Assembly: GCA_036491015.1 (NCBI GenBank)
Contig: DASXCV010000231.1
Coordinates: forward strand, 1 to 61,949
Reading direction: 5' to 3'
Length of the DNA: 61,949 bases
Origin: Thermoleophilaceae bacterium
GTDB taxonomy: Bacteria; Actinomycetota; Thermoleophilia; Solirubrobacterales; Thermoleophilaceae
A program made the position numbers and the translations under genes. The notes beneath the pieces were generated by a model. That model was not told the origin of the DNA. It ran no database searches and saw nothing but the letters and a program-made list of their open reading frames with translations. Positions 19,910 to 28,064 of this stretch are shown one piece after another. Positions within the stretch are counted from its first letter, which is position 1. Every line of letters starts with the position of its first letter.

Positions 19910-20947
19910 GTGACGATCCTGGTGACGGGCGGCAGCGGATTCATCGGCAGACACGTGGTGGCGACGCTCGTGGCGGCCGGCGGCGAGGTGCGCGTGCTCG
20001 ATCGCGTCGAGGCGCCGGTACGGGTGGAGGGGGCGCACTACGTGACCGGCGACGTGCGCGACCGCGACACCCTCGAGCGCTGCCTCGCCGGCGCCGGCGA
20101 CGTGTGCCATCTCGCGGCCAAGGTCGGCCTGGGCGTGGACATGTCCGACCTCACCGAGTACGCCTCGCACAACGATCTTGGGACCGCGGCGCTGCTCGAG
20201 GCGCTGGCCGGGTCCCGCTTCGGCGGGCGGCTCGTGCTGTCGAGCAGCATGGTCGTCTACGGCGAGGGCCGCTACTCGTGCGAGCGCCACGGCGAGCGCG
20301 CCGCGCCGGCGCGTGAGCCGGCGGACCTCGCTGCCGGCGGTTTCGAGCCCCGCTGCCCCGACTGCAACCGGGAGCTCGAGCCGCTTCCGATCGGCGAGGA
20401 CGCGCAGCTCGCGCCCGTGAGCGTCTACGCCGCAACCAAGGTCCACCAGGAGCACCTGGCCTTCGCGTTCTCGCGCGAGACCGGCGTGCCCGTGACCGCC
20501 CTGCGTTACCACAACGTCTACGGGCCGGGCATGCCGCGGGACACCCCGTACGCGGGCGTGGCGGCGATCTTCGCAAGCGCGCTCGCCCGCGGCCAGGCTC
20601 CGCGGGTATTCGAGGACGGGTGCCAGCGGCGCGACTTCGTCCACGTCCGTGACGTGGCCCGCGCCAATCTGCTCGCCCTCGAAACGCCCGACCCATACGT
20701 TGGCGCACTCAACGTCGCGAGCGGGAGCCCGCGCACTGTGGGGCAGATGGCCCTCGCGCTCGCGTCCGCCGCCGGGCCGGACGCGCCGTCGCCGGTGGTG
20801 ACCGGCGAGTGGCGGGCAGGGGACGTACGCCACGTGTTCGCGTCCCCGCGGCGTGCGAGTAGCGAGCTCGGTTTTCGCGCTGCGGAGTCGTTCGAAGCGG
20901 GGATGCGGGAACTCTGGGCCGCGCCGCGGGGGCTTAACGGAGTGTGA
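19910..20947 (+). CDS. NAD-dependent epimerase/dehydratase (extended SDR) with a Cys-rich insertion
   Basis: GTG start. VTGGSGFIGRHV Rossmann motif, YAATKVHQE catalytic YxxxK, and an insertion YSCERHG...CPDCNRE that looks like a zinc knuckle. Confidence 0.85.
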   Translation: MTILVTGGSGFIGRHVVATLVAAGGEVRVLDRVEAPVRVEGAHYVTGDVRDRDTLERCLAGAGDVCHLAAKVGLGVDMSDLTEYASHNDLGTAALLEALAGSRFGGRLVLSSSMVVYGEGRYSCERHGERAAPAREPADLAAGGFEPRCPDCNRELEPLPIGEDAQLAPVSVYAATKVHQEHLAFAFSRETGVPVTALRYHNVYGPGMPRDTPYAGVAAIFASALARGQAPRVFEDGCQRRDFVHVRDVARANLLALETPDPYVGALNVASGSPRTVGQMALALASAAGPDAPSPVVTGEWRAGDVRHVFASPRRASSELGFRAAESFEAGMRELWAAPRGLNGV

Positions 20948-21000
20948 ACACGGGCGCCGGCGCGTCGACGGCGGCGCTCGCCACTGCAAGAATCGGTCGC

Positions 21001-21705
21001 ATGAGCGAGCGTTCGCACGTCCGTGGATCGGTGCTCGTGGTGGACGACGAGCCCACGATCGGCGAGGTGGTGTGCCGTTACCTCGACCGCGCCGGATACG
21101 AGACCCGCGTGGCGCTCGACGGGCAGGCCGCACTCGATAAGTTCGCCACGCACTCGCCCGACCTGGTCGTGCTGGACCTGATGCTGCCCGGCATCGAGGG
21201 TCTCGAGGTGATGCGCCGCATCCGCGATTCGGATCGCGAGCACACCGCCGTGATCTTGCTGACCGCCAAGGGCGAGGAGACCGATCGCATCGTCGGCCTG
21301 CGGCTTGGCGCCGACGACTACGTGGTCAAGCCCTTCTCCCCGGCCGAGCTCGTGGCGCGCGTCGACGCCGTGCTGCGGCGTGTGGACACCGCGCCCGAGC
21401 ACGAGGAGCCGATCGTCTTCGACGGCCTCGAGATCGACCCCTCTTCCCGCCGTGTGATCGCCCGCGGCGAGGAGGCGCAACTCACACAGCGCGAGTTCGA
21501 CCTGCTCCTGTTCCTGGCGAGGCATCCCGGGCAGGCATTCAGCCGCCAGCAGCTGATGGACCTCGTCTGGCAGTACTCGTTCTACACGGACACCTCGACA
21601 GTGACCGTGCACATCCGCCGGCTGCGCTCGAAGATCGAGCCCGATCCCACGGTGCCGCGCTTCATCGAGACGGTCTGGGGCGTGGGCTACCGCCTGCTCC
21701 GATGA
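21001..21705 (+). CDS. OmpR/PhoB-family response regulator
   Basis: Receiver domain (VLVVDDEP, DLVVLDLMLPG, K in VKPF) plus a winged-helix C-terminus (TVWGVGYRL). Confidence 0.9.
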   Translation: MSERSHVRGSVLVVDDEPTIGEVVCRYLDRAGYETRVALDGQAALDKFATHSPDLVVLDLMLPGIEGLEVMRRIRDSDREHTAVILLTAKGEETDRIVGLRLGADDYVVKPFSPAELVARVDAVLRRVDTAPEHEEPIVFDGLEIDPSSRRVIARGEEAQLTQREFDLLLFLARHPGQAFSRQQLMDLVWQYSFYTDTSTVTVHIRRLRSKIEPDPTVPRFIETVWGVGYRLLR

Positions 21706-22898
21706 TTGCCCGCGGCCTCGCCCTGGCGGCCGCGGCCGCGCTTACCGCGGCGCTTGTCGCCGGCGCCGTATACGGGACGTCCGCGGGCTGGGAGACGCTT
21801 GCGATCCTGCTGCCACTCGGGGCGTCGACGGTCGTCGCGGCGGATCTGCTCGTGCGCAAGCGCAAACGCTCCGGCGGGCTGCGACGCCAGGTGCTGCTCG
21901 CCGGCGGGCTGGTGCTCGGCCAGCTGCTGGTGGCCGTCGGCCTGTTCGCCTGGCTGATGCTCGTCTCCCACATGGACGCGCTGTTCACGGTCATCGCGGT
22001 GGTGTTCAGCTCGCTGCTCGGGCTCTGGGCGGCGCGCTCTCTCGGGAGCAGCGTGATGACGGATGTCGAGGCCGTGCGGGACGGCCTGACCGCGGTGGGG
22101 CAGGGCTCGCGCGAGCTCGATATCCGCACCAGCGGGCGGGACGAGATCGCCGACCTCGCCCGCGACGTCGAATCGATGGCGCAACGGTTGAGCGCAGAGG
22201 AGAGCGGCCGCGACGCGGCCGACCGTGCCCGCCGCGACCTGCTCGCCGCGATCTCACACGACCTGCGCACCCCGCTGACTTCGATCCAGCTGCTTGCGGA
22301 GGCGATCGAGGACGGCATCGTGGACGACGACACCCGGCGCGAGTACGCCACGCGACTGGCCACACACGCGCGCGCGTTCGGCGCTCTCATCGACGATCTC
22401 TTCGAGCTGTCACGGCTCGAAGCCGGCGACATCCGCTGGACGATGGAGCAGGTGGCGATGGCGGAGCTCGTACAGGAGGCGGTGGACGCGATGCGCCCCC
22501 ATGCCGAGGCCGAGGCGGTCGCGATGCTCACCGAGCTCGCCGGTCCCGCGGCCTACGCTCGCGCCAATCCCGAACGTATCCAGCGCGTGCTCTTCAACCT
22601 GCTGCAGAACGCCATCCGTCACACCCCGGCGGACGGCAGCGTGACCGTGCGCGCCGCGCAGCGCGACGGGGAGGTTGAGATCGAGGTGGCCGATACCGGC
22701 AGCGGGATCGATCCGGACGACCGCGACGCCGTCTTCGACGCCTTCGTCCAGGGCCGAGGGCGGGAGGCCCGCAGCAACGGCAGTGCCGGACTCGGCTTGG
22801 CTGTCGCGCGCGCGATCGTCGAGGCGCACGGCGGCCGCATCTGGCTCGCCGATCCACCCGAGGGCACCAGCGTCCGCTTCAGCCTCCCGTGCGGCTGA
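21702..22898 (+). CDS. sensor histidine kinase (2 TM, HAMP, HisKA, HATPase_c)
   Basis: H-box AAISHDLRTPLTS, N-box LLQNAIRHT, G-boxes DTGSGI and GLGLAVA. ATGA overlap with the response regulator gene. Confidence 0.9.
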   Translation: MIARGLALAAAAALTAALVAGAVYGTSAGWETLAILLPLGASTVVAADLLVRKRKRSGGLRRQVLLAGGLVLGQLLVAVGLFAWLMLVSHMDALFTVIAVVFSSLLGLWAARSLGSSVMTDVEAVRDGLTAVGQGSRELDIRTSGRDEIADLARDVESMAQRLSAEESGRDAADRARRDLLAAISHDLRTPLTSIQLLAEAIEDGIVDDDTRREYATRLATHARAFGALIDDLFELSRLEAGDIRWTMEQVAMAELVQEAVDAMRPHAEAEAVAMLTELAGPAAYARANPERIQRVLFNLLQNAIRHTPADGSVTVRAAQRDGEVEIEVADTGSGIDPDDRDAVFDAFVQGRGREARSNGSAGLGLAVARAIVEAHGGRIWLADPPEGTSVRFSLPCG

Positions 22899-22901
22899 GG
22901 G

Positions 22902-23837
22902 CTACTGCCCGGCGTCCGTCTTCGCCCAGTCCTCGCGCGGGTTGTGGATCGGGGTGACGGTGCGCTCCACCTGGTCGCGCAGCGGCTCGAAGCGGGGCGG
23001 CAGGACGAGCTTCTCGCCGAGGTGCTCGGGGTCCTCGTCGGTGGCGAAGCCGGGGCCGAGGGTGGCGATCTCGAACAGCACGCCGCTCGGCTCACGGAAG
23101 TAGATCGAGAGGAACCAGAAGCGGTCGATGATCGGCGTGGGGTGGGCCTCGCTGGCCGACACGCGCTCCTGCCAAGCCTCATGCTCGTCCATCTGGTCCG
23201 CCCAGGCCACGTGGTGCACCGTGCCCGCGCCCTGAAGGCCGCGCTCGGTGGACTCGTCGTACACGTAGAAGGAGCCGCGCTTGTCGCCGCGGATCTCCCA
23301 GCTCTTGCCGCCGTCGGGCTTGAAGCCCAGCGTCTCCTCGAGCAGCTTGCGGCTGCGCTCGGGGTCGGCGGAGTAGGCGCGCACGCCGTCGAAGCCCTGG
23401 ATCGCCAGGTCGCGCGGCACCTCCGGGTGCTCGGCGATCAGCGGCTCGTCGGCGGTGTCGACCACGCGCAGCTCGAGCCCGAGCCCCTCGGGATCCTCGA
23501 ACACGAGCGAGTCGCCCGACAGGGTCACGTCGACGCCGTTCGAGGAGAGCCGCTCCTCCCAGAACGTGAGCGCCTCCTGGGATGCGACGCGGAACGCGAT
23601 GCGGTGCACCATGCCGGCGCCGGCGTGGCCGCGCGGCGCTCCGGGGTACTCGAAGAAGGTGATGTCGGAGCCGGGCGAGCCCTTCTCGTCGGCGTAGAAG
23701 AGGTGGTAGACGGTCGGGTCGTCCTGGTTGACCGTCTTCTTCACCATGCGCAGGCCGAGCACGCGCGCGTAGAAGTCGACGTTGCCGGGGGCGTCGCCCG
23801 TGATCGCGGTGACGTGGTGGATGCCTTCGAGCTTCAT
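22902..23837 (-). CDS. ring-cleaving dioxygenase of the VOC superfamily (MhqO/YkcA-like)
   Basis: 311 aa. GIHHVTAITGDAPGNVDFYARVLGLRMVKKTVNQDDPTVYHLFYAD and a second VOC repeat (VHHVAW). Confidence 0.85.
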   Translation of the reverse strand: MKLEGIHHVTAITGDAPGNVDFYARVLGLRMVKKTVNQDDPTVYHLFYADEKGSPGSDITFFEYPGAPRGHAGAGMVHRIAFRVASQEALTFWEERLSSNGVDVTLSGDSLVFEDPEGLGLELRVVDTADEPLIAEHPEVPRDLAIQGFDGVRAYSADPERSRKLLEETLGFKPDGGKSWEIRGDKRGSFYVYDESTERGLQGAGTVHHVAWADQMDEHEAWQERVSASEAHPTPIIDRFWFLSIYFREPSGVLFEIATLGPGFATDEDPEHLGEKLVLPPRFEPLRDQVERTVTPIHNPREDWAKTDAGQ

Positions 23838-23891
23838 GGCCAGCGCTCCTCAGGGTCGGGATGAGCCGGGAAGCACGATAGACGCCGCGGC

Positions 23892-24743
23892 TCAGTCGCG
23901 CAGGAGCGCGGCGAGCACGCCGGCGACGGCAAGGCTGGCCAGGGCGATGGCGCCCGCGCCGACCGCGAACAGCGCGTGGACGCGCACGAAGTCGAGCGCA
24001 CGCTCCGGCGCGGTCGCGGCCACGGCGACGACCACCGCGAGCACCACGCCGGCCACGAGGCCGGTGAGCGCCCGCGCCTGCACCCTGGAGAGCAGTCGCC
24101 CCGCCGCCTCGCGGCCGGTGCGGGCCGGCCAGCGGGCGTCGGCCGCGCTGAGCGCGGCCACCGCGAGCGCGGTCCATGTGCCAGCCACGAGATAGCCGCC
24201 GAGCACGTCACTCGGGTAGTGCCAGCCGAGCGCGAGGAACGAGTAGCTCACCGCGATCGCGAACAGAGCGCCGAGCGCGGCCACGTACGGGCGGAAGCGC
24301 GGCGCGGCCACCATCACGGCGCAGAGGGCGAGCGCCATCGACGCCGTGGCGTGCCCGCTCGGGAAAGAGCCATCCGGGATCTGGTGGAAGGTGAGCACCG
24401 AGTCGTAGCGGTGGGCGGCGAGGGCGGGCTTGAGGATGTTGTCGGTGGTCACGGCCGCGCCGCCGAGCACGAGGGCCGCCGCGGCCGCCACGCGCACGCG
24501 GCCCCGCCACAGCGCGATGCCGATCAGCAGCACGCCGAAGAGGCCGTAGGGAGCCGGGTCGGCGCTGCCGGCGATCGTCCCGAGCAGGCCGTAGGTGGAC
24601 GGGCGATTGAGCAGCAGGAAGTCGCTGAGCACGACCGCGTCGCGGTGGTGGATCGAGGGCACGAAAGCGAGCACGCGGATGAGCGCCACCCCGAGGGCGG
24701 CGAGGAGCGCAACTGCCAGGGCTGTCCGCGTGGTGCGCGTCAT
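23892..24743 (-). CDS. PAP2-family membrane phosphatase
   Basis: The start MTRTTRTALAVALL at 24743 is in frame within the 367-aa ORF. PAP2 motifs: KPALAAHR, PSGH (FPSGHATAS), YPSDV. Confidence 0.8.
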   Translation of the reverse strand: MTRTTRTALAVALLAALGVALIRVLAFVPSIHHRDAVVLSDFLLLNRPSTYGLLGTIAGSADPAPYGLFGVLLIGIALWRGRVRVAAAAALVLGGAAVTTDNILKPALAAHRYDSVLTFHQIPDGSFPSGHATASMALALCAVMVAAPRFRPYVAALGALFAIAVSYSFLALGWHYPSDVLGGYLVAGTWTALAVAALSAADARWPARTGREAAGRLLSRVQARALTGLVAGVVLAVVVAVAATAPERALDFVRVHALFAVGAGAIALASLAVAGVLAALLRD

Positions 24744-24906
24744 TGGGCCTTCCAGGCTAGTGGGATACCCGTTCCAGCCCCCGGGGTTAACCGAACGCCG
24801 AGAACGCAGGCTGGCCCCATTGGGCGGAAAGGCATGGCAAGCGAACCTTTCAGCACACCCCACCGCTGAAATCGCAAATTCCCAGCCTCGCCGCCTAGGA
24901 GATCCA

Positions 24907-26301
24907 ATGAACCACTCAGTCGCCACCGTCCCCCATGTAGATGCCGGCATCGGCGCCCTGCGCGCAGTTGTCGCCGGTGAGGTGTTCGCGCCCACCGACG
25001 CCGGCTACGACGCCGCCCGGTCCGCCTTCAACCTCGCGCTCGACCTCCGTCCCGCCGCGATCGTGGTGGCCGACTCCGCCGCCGACGTCGTGAACACCGT
25101 CCGCTACGCCCGCACCGCCGGGCTCCGGATCGCCCCGCAGGGCACGGGCCACGGCGCGTCCGCTCTCGGCGGCCTCGACGAGACGATTCTCCTCAAGACC
25201 ACCCGCATGCGCGGCGTGGAGATCTACCCCGCTACGCGCACCGCGCGCGTGGAGGCCGGCGCCGAGTGGCAGGACGTGACGGTCCCGGCCGCCGAGTACG
25301 GCCTCGCCGCGCTCGCCGGCTCCGCAGCCGACGTGGGCGTGGTGGGCTACACGCTCGGCGGCGGCCTGGGCTGGCTCGCCCGCCGCTACGGGCTCTCCGC
25401 GAACAGCGTGGCGTCGGTGGAGATCGTCACGCCCGACGGGCGCCTGCTGAACGTCGACGCCCGCCACGAGCCCGAGCTCTTCTGGGCCGTCTGCGGCGGC
25501 GGTGGCGGCGTGGGCGTGGTCACGGCGATCGAGATCAAGCTCTACCCGGTGCGCGAGGCCTACGCGGGCGCGCTCTTCTTCCCGCTCGAGCGCGCCTCCG
25601 AGGTGCTGCATGCCTGGCGCGAGTGGACCGACACCGTGCCCGAAGAGCTGACCTCCGTCGGCCGGATCATCCAGTTCCCGCCGATCCCGGAGGTGCCGGA
25701 GCCGCTGCGCGGCAACTCGTTCACCGTGATCGAGGCCGCCTACCTCGGCGACGAGTTCGAGGGCGCCGAGCTGATCCGCCCGCTGCGCGAGCTCGGCCCG
25801 GCGATCGACACGTTCGCGATGGTCCCCGCCCCGGCGCTCCAGCAGCTCCACATGGACCCGCCAGAGCCGGTCCCCTACGGGGGCGACGGCATCCTCCTCG
25901 CGGACGCGCCCGCCGGCGCGATCGACGCGCTCGTGGCGGCCGCCGGCCCCGGCTCGAACTCGCCGCTCCTGAGCGTGGAGTTCCGCCACCTCGGCGGCGC
26001 GCTGGCCGACGGCCCGGCCGACGCCGCCCAGGGCCGCATCGACGCGAAGTACGCGATGTTCGCGGTCGGCATGGCCGTGACGCCCGAGATGGGCGAGGCC
26101 GTCGGCTCGCACATCCGCGTGATCAAGGAGACGCTCGCGCCCTGGCGCGCCGACTTCAACTACTACAACTTCGTCGAGAGCCAGGCCGGCGCCGACGAGG
26201 TGCTCCCGGCCGACTCGTACCGCCGCCTGCGGGCGATCAAGGCCAAGTACGACCCGACGGAGATGATCGTTTCGGCGCATCCGGTGCGGCCGGCGCGCTA
26301 A
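24907..26301 (+). CDS. FAD-linked oxidase (PCMH-type FAD-binding domain plus BBE-like C-terminus)
   Basis: AGGAG-like SD (aggaga) 4 nt before the ATG at 24907. GTGHG, GYTLGGGLGWL. C-terminal YRRLRAIKAKYDP is typical of BBE-domain oxidases. Confidence 0.85.
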   Translation: MNHSVATVPHVDAGIGALRAVVAGEVFAPTDAGYDAARSAFNLALDLRPAAIVVADSAADVVNTVRYARTAGLRIAPQGTGHGASALGGLDETILLKTTRMRGVEIYPATRTARVEAGAEWQDVTVPAAEYGLAALAGSAADVGVVGYTLGGGLGWLARRYGLSANSVASVEIVTPDGRLLNVDARHEPELFWAVCGGGGGVGVVTAIEIKLYPVREAYAGALFFPLERASEVLHAWREWTDTVPEELTSVGRIIQFPPIPEVPEPLRGNSFTVIEAAYLGDEFEGAELIRPLRELGPAIDTFAMVPAPALQQLHMDPPEPVPYGGDGILLADAPAGAIDALVAAAGPGSNSPLLSVEFRHLGGALADGPADAAQGRIDAKYAMFAVGMAVTPEMGEAVGSHIRVIKETLAPWRADFNYYNFVESQAGADEVLPADSYRRLRAIKAKYDPTEMIVSAHPVRPAR

Positions 26302-26442
26302 AGCGCGCGTGCGCGGTGCGCGGTCGGCGCGCGAACTGCGGCAGTAACGGGCGGCCCGAGACCGGCCCGATGCTCCCTACTAGGCAGTATTTGTCCTGAT
26401 GTTGTCATTGCGGCCATGGTCCCCGCGAGGGATCATGGCCGC

Positions 26443-27408
26443 ATGTCTTCTTCCCGCCGTGTCGTTCTCGTCGCCTTCGACGACTGCCAGTCGCTTGACC
26501 TGATCGGGCCCAACGAGGTCTTCTCGGTGGCTTCGCGGCTGGTGGAGGGCGCCTATTCGGTCGAGATCGTCGCGCCCACGCGCAGCTTCTCGAGCTGGAG
26601 TGGCGTGCGAATCGAGGCCGGCAACACGATCGCGGGCTGCCGCGGCGACATCGACACCCTGGTGGTCGCCGGCGGCGACGGCGTGAGCGCCGCCGTGGAG
26701 GACGAGCGGCTGATCGCCTTCCTGCGCCGCGCCGCCCCGCGCTCGCGCCGCGTCGCGTCCGTGTGCACCGGCGCGTTTCTCCTCGCGCGCGCCGGCCTGC
26801 TCGCCGGGCGCGAGGCCACCACGCACTGGTCGAGCTGCGCCGAGCTGGCGCGCCTCTATCCCGACGTGCGGGTGCAGAGCGACCCGATCTTCGTGCGCTC
26901 GGGCCACGTCTACACCTCCGCCGGCGTGACCGCGGGCATCGACCTCGCGCTCGCGCTCGTGGAGGAGGATCTCGGCCCGAAGGTGGCGCGCGACGTCGCA
27001 CGCTGGCTCGTGCTCTACCTGCGCCGGCCGGGCGGGCAGTCGCAGTTCAGCGCCGCCCTCGCCGGGCAGCGCGCCGAACGCGAGCCGCTGCGCGAGCTCC
27101 AGGGCTGGATGGTCGACCATCTCGACGAGGACCTGTCGGTGCCCGCGCTCGCGGTGCGCGCGTACATGAGCCCGCGCAACTTCGCGCGCGCCTTCAAGCG
27201 CGAGGTGGGGATGACGCCGGCGGCGTACGTCGAGGCGCTGCGCGTGGAGCGCGCGCGGGCGCTGCTCGAGACCGCCGGCGAGAACGTCGAGCAGGTCGCG
27301 CGCCGCTGCGGGTTCGGCACCGTCGAGACCATGCGCCGCGTGTTCCGCAGACGGCTCGGGGTGAGCCCGGGCGACTATCGAGAACGGTTCCAGAGGAGGG
27401 CCGCCTGA
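26443..27408 (+). CDS. GlxA-family transcriptional regulator (DJ-1/PfpI-like domain plus AraC-type HTH)
   Basis: N-terminal VVLVAFDDCQSLDLIGPNEVF and CTGAFLLARAGLL. C-terminal AraC HTH (SPRNFARAFKRE..G.TPAAYV, RCGFG). An alternative in-frame ATG lies at 26416. Confidence 0.85.
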   Translation: MSSSRRVVLVAFDDCQSLDLIGPNEVFSVASRLVEGAYSVEIVAPTRSFSSWSGVRIEAGNTIAGCRGDIDTLVVAGGDGVSAAVEDERLIAFLRRAAPRSRRVASVCTGAFLLARAGLLAGREATTHWSSCAELARLYPDVRVQSDPIFVRSGHVYTSAGVTAGIDLALALVEEDLGPKVARDVARWLVLYLRRPGGQSQFSAALAGQRAEREPLRELQGWMVDHLDEDLSVPALAVRAYMSPRNFARAFKREVGMTPAAYVEALRVERARALLETAGENVEQVARRCGFGTVETMRRVFRRRLGVSPGDYRERFQRRAA

Positions 27409-28061
27409 TGCAGATCGCCATTCCGATTTTCGACCGGCTGACCGCGCTCGACGCCGTGGGCCCGTACGAGGTGCTCTCGCGCCTGCCGGGCGCCACCGTG
27501 CACTTCGTGGCGAAGGAGCCGGGCATGAAGCGCACCGAGACGCGGATGCTCGGGCTGAACGCCGACATGGCGCTCGCCGACATCACCGAGCCCGAGGTGA
27601 TCGTGGTGCCCGGCGGCTACGGCACGCGCGCGCTGATCGAGGACGAGGAGTTCGTGAGCTGGGTGCGCCACGCGCACGAGCACAGCGAGTGGACCACGTC
27701 GGTGTGCACCGGGTCGCTCGTGCTCGCCGCCGCCGGCATCCTCGACGGCCTCGAGGCCACGACTCACTGGCTCGAGTACGACCTGCTCGAGCAGCTCGGC
27801 GCGAAGCCCACCGGCCGCCGCGTCGTGCGCCAGGGCAAGGTGATCACGGCCGCGGGCGTGTCCTCGGGCATCGACATGGCGCTCACGCTCGCCGCGGAGA
27901 TCGCGAACGAGGACGTGGCCAGGGCGATTCAGCTCGGCATCGAGTACGACCCGCAGCCGCCGTTCGACAGCGGCTCACCCGCTAAGGCGGGCGAGCGCAT
28001 CGTCGCGCTGGTCACGCAGGTCGAGCGTGCCGAGCAGGCGGAGCTCGAAACTGCCTCGTAG
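27408..28061 (+). CDS. DJ-1/PfpI-family protein
   Basis: 217 aa. VVPGG, nucleophile elbow CTGSLVLAAAG, ITAAGVSSGIDMAL. TGATG junction with the regulator gene. Confidence 0.85.
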   Translation: MQIAIPIFDRLTALDAVGPYEVLSRLPGATVHFVAKEPGMKRTETRMLGLNADMALADITEPEVIVVPGGYGTRALIEDEEFVSWVRHAHEHSEWTTSVCTGSLVLAAAGILDGLEATTHWLEYDLLEQLGAKPTGRRVVRQGKVITAAGVSSGIDMALTLAAEIANEDVARAIQLGIEYDPQPPFDSGSPAKAGERIVALVTQVERAEQAELETAS

Positions 28062-28064
28062 CCG

